In this document: one piece after another, positions 14,070-26,010 of the stretch
Position numbering within the stretch: the stretch's first letter is position 1
Layout of the letters: each line of letters opens with the position of its first letter
Translations under genes and position numbers: made by a program
NCBI RefSeq assembly: GCF_001447785.1
Contig: NW_015171562.1
Location: forward strand, 292,046-356,045
Length of the DNA: 64,000 nucleotides
Direction of reading: 5' to 3'
From: Gekko japonicus
Lineage: Eukaryota
Notes under the pieces: model-generated
What the model was told of the DNA's origin: nothing
The model's input: the letters and a program-made list of their open reading frames with translations, nothing else
Database searches by the model: none

Positions 14070-14225
14070 CCCGGGAGACCCGGGTTCGAATCCCTGCTCT
14101 GGCGTGGGAAGCCACTGGGTGAGCTTGGGCCAGTCACTCAAACTCAGCCCAGCTTACCTCGCAGGGCTGTTGGAAGTAGAACCTGAGTCCCTTGGAGGAA
14201 AAGCAAGATAGGGATCGAATAGATT
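14070..14225 (+). mobile_element. Degenerate tRNA-derived SINE
   Basis: GGGAGACCCGGGTTCGAATCCC B-box followed by CTGGGTGAGCTTGGGCCAGTCAC..CAGCCCAGCTTACCTCGCAGGGCTGTTG core. Confidence 0.55.
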
Positions 14226-15971
14226 TTAGTTCCAGGGTGGCTGAGTTGCTTTCACAAAGCACTGCTGAGCGATACATCCGTTTGCCTGTCCTCGCAGGGC
14301 GTCACTGGCCAAAGGACCTGGCGGAATCTGCTGCTGAAGAGAGCGCAAGAGGAGCACGGTGGCTCTTGTCCGAGTCCACCGCTTCCAAGGAGTCTTGCCA
14401 GAGTTTGGGGCCCAGCCCAGCCCATGGGGCCTGCCGGGCTGCACTGTGGTTGCTCCCTGTTGGGAGATTCCCCCCTCTGCATTAGGCTGCATTGTGCTGT
14501 CCCCGGCCGTTCTCCCACCTGCTCTGCTGCAGTATTTAATTGCCAGTTTTAAAAAAGAAACGGCCAAAGTCCTGCTGGCCCAGAGGAGGGGGGGCTGCCA
14601 CAGGGAAACCTGCCCTGGGGAAGCCCTGCCGCCGCCGCGCTGTATCAGCAGTGGGGGAAATCCACACCTGCCTTGTCCTCTGGCTCCTGGGGGGCGGGGG
14701 GTGCCACCTCCCACAGACTGTCTCAGGTGGCCTTATTGTTCTTAAGCCGCCACCCTCCTCCACACACCACAGGGCCTTAAAATTTAAAAACAGCCTGGAT
14801 TCCATCATCACTGAATGTGAGCCCCGTCGTCTGCCTGTCTGGCTCCAGGCCGTCAAGAGTTCACCTCCCTCAAGAAGCACGCCCAGAAAGAGGCGATCCG
14901 TTTCCAGGTGCTGCGTGCCCAGCCTGCCTCCAGGTCCCGACGTGACGGGGCATCTCTGCCACAGCTGCTCCTACAAGCGGGGGCCGAGACCCGAAGACTG
15001 GTCGTCACAGAGCGTCCCCATCATCATCACCACCACCACCAGCAAAGCCCGGCTGCTCCGTGGCCTGAGGAAAGGGCTGGGGAGGGAGTGGCTCTTCCGT
15101 CACGCCATCTCTGAAGACCCAAAGAGCGGCTAAATAACAGCTATTGGCAAGGAGGACAGTGGGTTTCAGCCAGGGAGATGTCTTTGTATGGAGCCTTTGT
15201 ATGGAGATGGATAGAAAAGGTACCATTCAATTTGGGGCATGAACCAGCCAGTCCCGCGTGCCTTCCCAGGGAAACTGGTGCCCCCCCCCCCCAGAAGGGC
15301 CCAGGTAACCCCGGGGGGGGGGAGGGGGGGCTGCTGTCATGTGGAAGTCAGCCCTTCTCCCATCAGTGAGGGAGCATTTCCAACCCTAACCCTAAAACCC
15401 AGCCTCTGCAAGTCGGAGGATTGTGGCAAGCAGGGACAGGCCTTTCAGTGCCAGAGGACGCGGCAGCCTGGACAGGCACGCGCTCTCGAGTCTGCCAGAA
15501 TCCTGGGCAGAGGACAAAGATGCCGCTGTGGGGGGGGGGGACACCCTCGTCCCAGCCAGGCCTGCCTCCCCGCAAGACCCCCGGCGACTCCCTCCGGGTC
15601 TGTCGCCCTGGACAGTGTCCGTGGGGCATCAGGGGTCGCAGGGAGCTTTAGCCCCGGGGCTGCTCTGTGGCTCTTGCCCGGGACAAAGCCGTGGCCTCCA
15701 TCCACAGGAGCCCAAACCAGGGCCTCTGACGCACTCCTTTCGCATGTTGCTGGTTGTGCCCCTTCTCTGCGGGGACTGGCCCAGCAAGTGGCAGAGACTG
15801 GTGACAGACCGCCTCTGAAGGAGCAGATGATGCCTCCCCAGACCGGCAGAGGGAGAGCGGGGGGGGGGGGGCCCTTCTCCAATCAAAACACACACCAGAT
15901 GGGGGGGGGGGGGACCGGGTCCCTGGGGGGGGGTTACAGACCCCACTGCATGCTCGATCCGGCAGGCAGGG

Positions 15972-16249
15972 GAAGAAGAAGAAGAGATTGGATTTATGCC
16001 CCGCCCTTCACTTGGAGTCTCAGAGCGGCTTACAAACTCCTTTCCCTTCCCCTCCCCACAACAGACACCCCCTGGGAGGTAGGTGGGGCCGAGAGCTTTG
16101 ACACAAACTGCTCTTTTTCAAGGACAGCTGTGCCAGAGCTTGTGACTGACCCAAGGTCATCCAGCCAGATGCAAGTGGAGGAGGAGTGGGGAATCAAACC
16201 CGGTTCTCCCAGATTAGAGTCCGCGCACTTAACCACGGCACCAAACTGG
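15972..16249 (-). mobile_element. Squam3-like tRNA-derived SINE
   Basis: Reverse complement begins CCAGTTTGGTGCCGTGGTTAAGTGCGCGGACTCTAATCTGGGAGAACCGGGTTTGATTCCCC (A and B boxes) and ends in a (TTC)n tail; several near-identical copies in the window. Confidence 0.85.
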
Positions 16250-16769
16250 GAGGGTGCTGGGATGCCAGGCCAAGTCAAAGAAGTACCTCCGAAGAGGAGG
16301 GGCTCTGCCTGCTGTGTGGGGAGAGCAGCGCAGGAGGAATGACGGACACCCTCTCGGCACTGAACTCGGGGCTGCTGCGTGACAGCCGGGCCTGTGCAGA
16401 CACACTGCAAAGAAGCCCGACGACGACGACGACCCCTCCTCTGTCCTTTATTTATTTATTTATTTATTTATTCCTTCGATTTGATATACCGCCCTAACCC
16501 CCGTAGGGGTCTCTGGGCGGTTTACATGGGAGAGGTGCTAATCACTTTTATACCCTAACTTAGNNNNNNNNNNNNNNNNNNNNNNNNNNNNNNNNNNNNN
16601 NNNNNNNNNNNNGCTGCCGCCGCGTCGCCACGCCACGTCACCTCCACCACCGGTACTCCACTGCAGCCGATGTCCTGCTGCCGCCATTGCCATGGCGGCC
16701 GCCGTCACTGTCGTCGTCGCCTTCCTCCACACGCCTCATCAGAGGAGGGTGCCCCCCACCCTTCTAAGG

Positions 16770-16940
16770 GTAGGTACCCATTTATCTACTCATATTGTAG
16801 TTACTTCTACTTTCGAACCGCTGGGTGGGCGGGAGCTAGGACTAAGGTTGAGAGCTCACCTCGACCGCGGTGGGTCTCGAACAGCCATAGTGGCTGCTCA
16901 AGTGTGGTTAAAGCGGGCGTTTTACTGCCTGCGCCACCGC
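16770..16940 (-). mobile_element. Sauria SINE (Squam1-like) 5' part
   Basis: GGTACCCATTTATCTACTCA..TTTCGAACCGCTGGGTGGGCGGGAGCT..GAGCTCACC..CTGCGCCACC resembles the recalled Sauria SINE consensus in reverse. Confidence 0.6.
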
Positions 16941-17144
16941 TCCTAGGCAGGAAAGCACTGGGGGGCTTCCGGCTGGATCACTCTCAGGACCCCTGGCTGG
17001 GAGGCATATCCTGCGCTCCTGGGGGGAGAGGGAAGCAGAAGGAGCCCTTCAGCACACTTGCCGTTCAGGGGAGCGCAGGCTCGGGGAGGTTTCTAAAATC
17101 ATGTGTTTCCCCCTCCCCCCCCCCATTTGGTACTGGGTTTTGTC

Positions 17145-17145
17145 A

Positions 17146-17192
<47 letters not shown>
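17145..17192. repeat. (AAAG)n microsatellite
   Basis: Direct reading. Confidence 0.95.
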
Positions 17193-18504
17193 GCCCTCCA
17201 GAATGAGGGAGCGACAGCAGCGAGGGCCTCTTAACGAGGAGGAGGAGGAGGAGGAGGAGGGTTGGCGCAGCGAAGGAGAGGTGTGGACGGGTCCTGCGGA
17301 GAAGTCCAGGCTATTATTGGGCTGCCCCAGATACAGCTGCCGCCTCGGTGCTGGCTGGCTTCCTGGATCTGCCCCCTTGGGGCTTAATAGGGACTAAGTA
17401 TAAGCAGAGCCTGCGGGGTTGGTGGTGAAGCCCCAAAGTGGTTCTGGCGTGACCTGCAAGCTCAGCACCCGCTCGCGGCAGCTGGCGGATCCGCATCCTG
17501 CAAGCGGTGTGTCAATTAGCCATGAATTACAGTCGACAGTAATGAGGAAGGACTTGGCAGGTCCCAGAAAGTAGGTCAGATCACCAAGTGAGACGGCAGC
17601 CGGTGTTTGTTCTCATCAGTGACAGCAGGTGGTGGTTGGGTTTTGGGGGGTGGGTGTTCTGAAGACATTGCTCCAAACGACCCGGAAGGCCATGCAGAAG
17701 CTCCAGCGGGAGCAGGTGAGCGGAGAGCAGCAGAAGCAGACAGAATGAGCGAGACACCACTGAGGGCTTGCTGGGATGCCTCCAGGCACCGGTTGCAAGC
17801 GGCCGCTCCCTCGCCTGCGTAACGGCCTCTGCAAAAGACGGGCATGGCCTGACCCAGGCAGGAGAGGACCCGGTCCCTGTGCCGAGGCTGCCAGAGGAGC
17901 CCAGGGAAACGGGACTCTCGCCAGGCCGGTGGCCTTGGCCATCTGACCCAGGGGCTCAGCTGCTCTCCAGCTGGTACAAACGCAAGGCTGGGCCCGGCCT
18001 GCAAAAGGCAAGCCAAGGCCCGTCTCACGAGCGGCCCCCCTGCTTGACTCTGGAACAGCCAAGAAGCAGCGGCCAGCTGGGCTACGTGGAGACGCTCTCC
18101 GGTTTGGCCCCGTGCGCTTCTCAGAGGCTGGCTTCCCAGGCCTGCCAGAAGCACCTTCTGGTCCAGTTGCCCTGGGGCTGCTTGAGCTCGTCCAGTAAAC
18201 TCAGAGGCAAGTTGGGGGCATTTGCCGGAAGGCCTAGCCCGGCTCACACACCTGTGATGGCAGGAACAGGCCACCCCTGCCTGCCATACTTGACCCAGCA
18301 GGGAAAACAAGGTGGGACCCGGGCGATACTGGCCCCATCTGGAGCCCCTCTGCCCTGCCCCACCTAAGACGGGAACTTCAGGCTGGGGAGCCAGTTATGG
18401 AGGACAGAATTATGATGCTCAGTGAGAAAAGAAGAAGAATCAACAACACTTCTGCAAACAGAAGTTCTCCCTCCCTGATGGTTACCGTTATGCGGGTAAG
18501 GGAG

Positions 18505-18672
18505 AGCAGTATTTGGGACTTACAAAAATCCTTTGACAAAGTTCTTCACCAGGGGCTCCTGAGTAAAGGGTGCAGGACAGCAGATCCCATTGTGGATTAG
18601 GAACTGGTTTACCCACTGAAAATACAAAGTAGTAGGAGTAAATGGAGAATCCTTGCAATGGAAGGAAGTGAC
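18505..18672 (+). mobile_element. CR1 LINE reverse-transcriptase fragment
   Basis: Translates as WDLQKSFDKVLHQGLLSK (cf. YLDFQKAFDKVPH), followed by WIRNW and GVNGESLQWKEVT. Confidence 0.7.
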
Positions 18673-18783
18673 TCCAGGTTGAGCAAGGAAAACAAAAGAA
18701 ATTTGGTAAGAAATGCAAATCCTCTGTCCCTTTCTCTAAACGTGCCCTAAAAGATGTTAAACTAGGACAGGCCCCTTTAGCTA

Positions 18784-20356
18784 GTTGTTGTTGTTGTTGT
18801 TCAGTCGCACAGTCGAGTCCGACTCTTCGCGACCCCATGGACCAGCTCCCGCCAGGCCCTCCTGTCTTCCGCTGTCCTCTGAAGTTTGCTCAATTTCATG
18901 TTTGTTGCATCTATGACACTGTCTAACTATCTCATCCTTTGCCATCCCCGTCTTCTTTGACCTTCAATCTTTCCCAGCATCAGGGTCTTCTCCAGTGAGT
19001 GCTGCCTTCAGAAAGAGCCTCTGGTAATTGGACGTCAAAAATCCTTTAAGTACATTCATCTATCCTCTATGATGATTTACTCTACAAGAGAAAGTAAAAT
19101 TTCTCTGGTCTGCTGTCCTGTCCAGCACTCATACGTTTCCTGGCATTCTTTTCACAGCTACGTCACTTTATGGGCTCAGACCCAAGATCTTCCCCACCTC
19201 TCCTTTGAAGGGAGGTTGCCTGTCTTCCCATTAATTTGATTATTCAGTTCAGTACTACCCTCAAACAGAAAAAGGAGCTATTTCGAATGATTCTTGTATG
19301 TTAAGGAGGACACCTGAAAAGGCTTATGTTCAGGTCCAGGTCATCTAATATATATAATGTTACAGTCTTTAAACTTTTGCTTGGCTGTCTTGTTCATAGA
19401 CCTCTCTACCCTTCCCGCAGAGAGTCATCTGCCATTGGGGAGTGGAAGTTGCCAGTGGCAGTATTCCAACATTCCCCTTCATTTGGGGTTATGCACTGGC
19501 TGTTTTACAGAACACAGAGCGCTTAGGGTAGCCCATGTGGGGATGCTATATTGTTTTCCCTGCTCTGGTGATGGTTAGTTGTTGATCCTTTCCAAAGCAA
19601 CCCTTTTTATCCTTATTTTTCTAAGATTGTTAGCTTTTTTGGCTTCTACGGCTGCAATTTGGCTTCCACAGCTGCAAGTTAGTGTGATTTCAGATGCCTC
19701 CTTCCCTATAGTGTGGAGACCCAGCTACGGGGATGTGTCTCCCAGTGGTTCCTGGTCTTCAATGAAGCAGAAGTAGATGTTTTTCTGGTACTCTCTTGCT
19801 TTTTATATAATCCAGCGAATGTTGGCAATTTGATCTCTGGTTCCTCTATCTCTTCGAAACCCAGCTTGTACTTCTGGCAGTTCTCTATCCACGTACTGTT
19901 AAAGCCTAGCTTGTAGGATCTCATTTTTGACCACGTCAAGCTTACCTTGATTCATAGATCTTACATTCCAGGTTCCTATGTAGTATTCTTCTTTGCAGCA
20001 TCAGACTTTCCTTTCACCATCAGACACATCCACAACTGAGCGTCCTTTCGGCTTTGGCCCAGCCGCTTCACTCTTTCTGGGGTTACTTGTACTTGCCCTC
20101 TGCTCTTCTTCAGTAGCATATTGGACACCTTCTGACCTGAGGGGCTCATCTTCCGGCGTCATATCTTTTAGCCTTTTGATACTGTCCATGGGGTTTTCTT
20201 GGCAAAAATACTGGAGTGGGTTGCCATTTCCTTCTCCAGGGGGATCACTCTTGGTCTGAGTTCTCTGCTGTGGCCTGTCAGTCTTGGGTGGCCCTTCACG
20301 GCATAGCCCACAGCTTCATTGAACTACGCAAGCCCCCTCGCCACGACAAGGCAGTC
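18784..20356 (-). mobile_element. RTE-BovB LINE, internally deleted, with an unrelated ~750 bp segment (19010-19757)
   Basis: 3' end with (CAA)n tail at 18784-19010; RT piece ELPEVQAGFRRDRGTRDQIANIRWI..KNIYFCFI (~19920-19759); endonuclease start IGTWNVRSMNQGKLDVVKNE and 5' region with CTGGAGAAGGAAATGGCAACCCACTCCAGTATT (~20356-19921). Confidence 0.88.
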
Positions 20357-20571
20357 ACAAATCCCTTCAAAGTTTGCATTACCTTGAAGCCTGCTCCAGC
20401 TCTTGGGGTGAGCACATGGTCAATGGCTGCCTCGTAAGAGGAGTTTGTGTGTCCCCTCAGGTACACAGCACCCAAAGGAAAGAGCTATTTTCCTGTTGCA
20501 AGGAGGTTTAAGCAAATCCTCCCATTGACCAAGTCAGGTGGGGTCAGAGCTTTTCCTGTAGGCTCTAGAAA

Positions 20572-20845
20572 TTTGGTGTAGTGGTTAAGTGCGCGGACTC
20601 TGATCTGGGAGAACCAGGTTTGATTCCCCACTACTCCTCCACTTGCACCTGGCTGGATGACCTTGGGCAAGCCGTAGTTCTGATAATAGCTGTCCTTGAA
20701 AAAGAGCAGTTTCTGTCAGAGCTCCCAGCCCCACCTACCTCAGGGGTGCCTGTTGTGGGGAGGGGAAGGGAAAGGAGTTTGTAAGCCGCTCTGAGACACC
20801 TTTGGGTAGTGGAGGGCGGGGGATAAATCCAATCTCCTCTCTTCT
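20572..20845 (+). mobile_element. Squam3-like SINE with apparent target-site duplication TCTAGAAATT
   Basis: TTTGGTGTAGTGGTTAAGTGCGCGGACTCT..GGTTTGATTCCCC; TCTAGAAATT occurs at ~20564 and ~20843. Confidence 0.85.
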
Positions 20846-22365
20846 AGAAATTCCCTTCCTGATGGTGTCTCTGATATTCTCAGTCCTCCAAACCTCTGTT
20901 CCCTGCTAGCAGAAGGGCAGGGGTGAACTGGCCCATCCCATTGTCTCTCCTTCTTGATCCATTAGCATTTCTTAAGAGATGTGACTGGAATGCCATGGGT
21001 TAATTTCCTCCCCACTACTGGTTGTTCTTAGTGCAGGAAACAAATGGTGAAAATGCACAGTGGAGTCCTTGCCCATTGCCAACCTTCCAGGAGATAAGGC
21101 ATTTCTCCACAGAAGCCAACAAGATTTTCAGTCTATGAGCTTTCGAGAGTCAAAATGGAACTTCTTCACCTCTTGAAAATTCAAAACCTGCAAATCTTGC
21201 TGGTCTCTCGGGGGCTCCTGGCCCCAAGCGTCACATACGAAAGGAAAGAAACTGAGGCCTTGATGCCTCTAGCGGCAGAGGTGAGAGGCCGGGGTGGACT
21301 CTGCGCATGATCTGGGATCTCTTCCTTCTCTCCCCCCCCCCCCCCCCCCTCCCATGCTTTGGGCTCAAGCCTTTTCCGCATTCTGTCTCTGTCATGTTTG
21401 CACAATTCTCAACCAGTCTTTCCCAAAATTGTGCGCGTGTGGTTTTCAAACATCTCAGGTGGCAGCAACGTTTTCCAGCTGTTCCCTTCCGATGAGGACT
21501 GCACACCAGTTGCCCCCCCCCCAGAACACTCCCTGGCCTGCCTACCACCCCCATTGGAGAGCAGCTATCGTAAACACCCCTCTTCCGCAACAAACACCTG
21601 TCTTTTCTGCTTAACGGAGGCCGGGCAGTATTTGGGAAGGCGACGAAGCCCTGAGCTACGGAGCGAAAGGAACATTCTATTCCCATACAGCTGAGCTGAG
21701 ACCATTTTGAGGTCTGTCCCCAGCCAGCTCCCTGGGGTTTGCAGCAAAACCACTGATTTACGGCCTGTTTTAAGCACAGGGTAGAAATAGAGTCCTCGCT
21801 TGGTGCTTGCAGCCTTAAAATAAAACAGTTATTGATTTCAGGGAATAAAAGAATTTGGCAGCGTTGCCGTGTGTCTGCATAGTAAAGCGGGGCTGGATGC
21901 GAAGCTGGCAGCTGGGGTCCAAGGAGGTGGTGCCGTTTGTTCCGCGGACTCGCTTGCCCCTCTCGGGGGTTCCCTCTCTCGCATTTACTTTGAGCTCAGC
22001 CGCCCCAAGTGCCCTCCCTCACCCCAGGGCCGACACAGGGACTGAGCCGGGGTGGGGAGGGTATGTGAAAGAATGGCTCAGTAGCAAATGTCCCATTTCT
22101 GAAAGAATTTGCACGTTTAGAATTCTGGCACTTCCGGACGGAACATTCTGGAGGCACCTCTGCCTCGGGGTGCTCAGTCCAGTAGAGCCAAACTCTGCCT
22201 GGCAGCAGCTCAGCAAGCTCTTTGCCCCACTTCGTTTGTCACTTGAGGACCTTCTGCACGCCGGACACATCCTCCTCCCTCCGCACCCACAAATGGTGGC
22301 CTGTCTCTCACACTCACCTGCTCATGCAGCAGACCTCGTCAGGGACCCGAGAGGGGACTTTGTTA

Positions 22366-22705
22366 GAGAGCCAGCGTGTCGTCGCGGTGAAGAGCAGTGG
22401 ACTCTAATCTGGAGAACGGGGTTTGATTCCCCACGCCGCCGCCGCCGCCGCCTCCACATGCAGCCAGCTGGGTGACTGTGCGACAGTCCCAGTTCTCTCC
22501 GAACTCTCTCAGCCCCACCTACCTCACAAGGGGAGAGGAATGGGATTGTGAGCCACTTTGAGACGCCTTAAGGTACAGAGAATTGGGGTATAAGAAGAGA
22601 AGAGATTGGATTTATACCCCATGGCCCTTCACTTGGGGTCTCAGAGTGGCTTACAAACTCCTCTCCCCTCCCCTCCCCACAACAGGCACCCCCTGTGAGG
22701 TGGGA
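22366..22705. mobile_element. Two Squam3-like SINEs tail to tail: shorter subfamily (+, 22366-22592) and 3' fragment (-, 22593-22705)
   Basis: GGACTCTAATCTGGAGAACGGGGTTTGATTCCCC head; then GAAGAAGAGATTGGATTTATACCCC..GCTTACAAACTCC reverse tail. Confidence 0.75.
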
Positions 22706-23565
22706 TCTCGGAACGACTGTAAGTGGTTTCCCCTTGCTTTGAGTCCTGGCAGGCAAAGCTGCTACAATCCTCTGCAGTGCGTAGGAGTGAGCCAGGCCCG
22801 GAAGTAAGCTGGACAGGAATCAATTCTGGCTTCTCATTAAAGATCCAACGATTTGCCCGGAACGTGCGTCTCTCTCCTTTGCTTGAGAATTACGCGCAGA
22901 AGGACCCACTCCTGGGCTGTTAGCCTGAGATGGCAAAGACCTGCCTGTTGGTCGGAGCTGACAGGGCTTGGAAAGGCAGAGGATGCCTGCTAGGGGGCTT
23001 GCCCGTGGGGTGGGGAGCCAGCCGGCACAATTCTGAGTCGCTGGCAGAGCCGCTGCAGAATGCAAAGGGGGCTCGGTGGGTCTCTTCCAAGGGGAAGCCA
23101 TCATCGGCCTGGCCTGGCCCCTCATGAGCAGCCACCTGGAACCCACTCCTGGCGAGCAGCTGCCTGTGCTGCAAAGGGCATCAAGCCACTCGGCGGAATC
23201 AGAAGGCACCCAGGAAGGGGCAGGAGCGCACTTTCCCTCTGCATCGGAAATGCCCGCCTCTCAGACAATCAACCGAGATGTGAGACAGCCACACCCACCC
23301 ACGTGGAAAGAGGAGGCATTCTGTGCTCCACACCCAGCAGGGGGGAGCCGCAACCCACAGGGAGGAGCCTCCTGGCACCTTGGCGACTCCAGAGCCTTGG
23401 CCACTTGCAGAGACTGCGGAAGGCCAGTCCAGCTCAGCCCAAAAAGGCCCCGAAGCAAAGGGGCAACCGCCAGGCCCCACCGCCCCTCCACACACACCCC
23501 CGGGTGCCACAAACCTTTGCCAGACACCAGTTTGCAGACCCAGAGGCACGCCCCCCCCCCCCCCC

Positions 23566-23764
23566 CCCTCTCAGCTGAGTCGGTGTGAGCTGGCTCACAG
23601 TTTTTTAGCCTCCGGCTCACACGTTTCTGTCTCCGCTCGGGAAGGAGGGCTCCAGAGCAAACTAATGGATGCAGCAGCCAAATGGCTCGCTCACCACTTC
23701 AGTGCCAGGAGCTCACAGAGTAGAATTTTTGCTCACAGGACTCCACAGCTTAGAGGGAGCATTG
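23566..23764. mobile_element. Non-autonomous hAT-type DNA transposon (MITE), same family as 39706-39911
   Basis: CCCTCTCAGCTGAGT..CAGCTTAGAGGGAGCATTG inverted ends; body highly similar to the 39706 copy. Confidence 0.75.
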
Positions 23765-24339
23765 CCCCCCCCCCTTGTAGGCACACCTCCGTCTCGGCAT
23801 TTAGGAGTTTCAACACATTCTTCATTGACCGGCCCTGGGGGCTTTCCCATTTAAATGGGGGGGGGGGCTTTCCCATCGACTGATACATGGGGGAGAACTG
23901 TGTGGCCAACAGCTGCCAGGGCAGTGGGCGGGGCAAGCCAGAGACCTCAAAGGCAGAGCAAGGGGGCGCTTCAACTCCTTCAAGGCACTCCTGCCGGAAA
24001 GTGCCCCAGGCCGAGGCCTGCCACATGCGGACAGAGATGCCGGCATCGCCCTCAGCCAGCTGCGGCTAGAGACATCATCACTGAATCCCTGCGCCCGTTG
24101 CAGCTCTGGTTGTGGGAAAGGACCGAAGATACACCCCCAACACCACAGCTGTCAGCAAGAACCTCCGACAGCTTTCAACAAGCAAAGTAGATCCCCCGCT
24201 GACATAAGAGAGGCAGCGAAGATTCCCACTCAAGAGCCGCATTTGCTGGAACAACACCCAGACTTGGCTTTCTGCATCAGCTGACTGCAAATGGAACAGG
24301 CTCAGGGAAGCCGGAGGGGGTGTGCGTGTGGAACATAAC

Positions 24340-24343
<4 letters not shown>

Positions 24344-24375
<32 letters not shown>
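24344..24375. repeat. (AG)n microsatellite
   Basis: Direct reading. Confidence 0.95.
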
Positions 24376-24379
<4 letters not shown>

Positions 24380-25399
24380 CTGCCTGGGCTTTGATCAACA
24401 TGTGAACTGTCTGCCCATTAAAGAGCTTGTTCTTCCGGCCGCCTGCCAGGGCTCCGCCCATTCCTGCACCTCCTCCCCAACCCATGGGTCCCTCCCCCCC
24501 CCGCTGAGGTGGTCAGACGGAATCAGCACCCCCTAAGGCCACCAGGACCTCCCGCTGTCCTCAGCCGCCCCCTCTCGCCCACCACGCCCGGCCTTTCCTC
24601 TGTCACTGGGCCAAGGCAGCCCGGGCTCACGAGGCAGTCATGCGCCTGGAAAAGCCAGCCCTGCCGGAGGCACAAAGCGCCACCCGCAGAGACACACTGA
24701 TGCAGAAGAGGCTCCCGCCCACGTGACGGCCACTGCAAGGGAAGGCAATGGGAGGAGACCGGCCAGGGAGGGCCGAAGGGGGAGAGGCCGGCTGCAAGAA
24801 CAAGGCGAGGCTGCTATTTTCAGAGTCTGACCAAGGGAAAGCATCAAGCCGGGGTGCCAAGATGACCGGCCAGAGCAGACATTAAAAACTAACAAGTCAC
24901 TCTCTGCCACCTCCCGGCCTCTCCCCCCCACCTGAGGAGCATAGCCGCCATTTTAAAAAAAAAATTGGGGGGGAAAAGGTCTGGGAAACTGGAGGCCAGT
25001 TAGTCTCTGCTCTGGCTAAAGTCATGGAAATAGTTGAGAGAATGACTGAGTAGGCAGGGGGAAGACCCCTTTGTAAGCCACCGCCCGTGCAGCTGTCGGA
25101 GAAGGGAGCCCTGCCTCACCCCCTTGTGGAGATCCTAAAGAGTGTTTTAAGAAATGAGCTTCAAATCCAGTGTTTCTGGCTCCAGCAAAGAATCTTACAC
25201 GTGTGAAAACTGTGCTCAAGGAAAAGGCTGACACCGGGTGCAGGACAAATCAAAAGGGCCACTAGCGCAAAGCCCTGGTAGAGATCTACATTGTGGCTGC
25301 TTTGGAAACCCCACGTGCAGTTCTAGAGCTGCAAAGCACAGCGATGCATGAACGCAAAATGCCTGAAGAACATGCAGAGTGCGTGCCTCTGGTTCCAAA

Positions 25400-25600
25400 G
25401 TAACAGAATTGGGGTGACCCCTGCTGAAACGGGTGGGGAACAGATTCAGAGTGGACAAAAGGAGCGCCTTCTTCCACAATGCACAATTAACTCGTGGAAG
25501 TCACTGCTGCAGGCGGTGTAGGGCCAACAGCTTAGATGGCTTGAAAAAGGGATTGCGAGTTCCTGGAGAAGGAGTGATCTCTCAGGGCTGAATGGGAGGC
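25400..25600 (+). mobile_element. CR1 LINE 3' coding fragment
   Basis: AGATTCAGAGTGGACAAAAGG..CTTCTTCCACAATGCACAATTAACTCGTGGAAGTCACTGC..TTAGATGGCTTGAAAAAGGGATT, typical CR1 ORF2 end. Confidence 0.65.
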
Positions 25601-26010
25601 AGGATGCCTCCGATGGCCAGCAGATGGGGGTGCAGAACACAGCTAAATAAAGCCTTCCCCCCCCCAACTACCAGAAAGCAGCCCACTGCAGACCAGACCA
25701 GCCACACCTCCCTCCTGCAGGGGACAGACGTGGGTCACCCATAGAGGCCCTCACTGGGTACCCCCTTGATCTCCGCGGATTTCAGCGACAGGCACACAAA
25801 AGGCTCACGCGGTCTGCGGCAGCTGGTTTAATCGCTTACCATTTTACTATCCAAATAAGAGCCCACTCCCACAGGTGCCTCACAACACAGCTCCGGCACC
25901 TGCCCCGGCTGACCCCAGAGCCAGAAGCCACACCAGGCATGCCCCGGACCAGAGGGCCAGCCTGCAAAGACGTGCCCTCCGCCAAGTCCCAGCCCAGAGA
26001 AACAGCCCCT

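Noticed and set aside
15382-15395. CCCTAACCCTAA telomere-like motifs (also ~35190 and ~38756)
   Set aside because: Only about two units each; too short to call interstitial telomeric arrays.
20572-20640. tRNA-like A and B boxes (also at the other SINE heads)
   Set aside because: These are heads of tRNA-derived SINEs followed by the SINE body and tail; no full cloverleaf.
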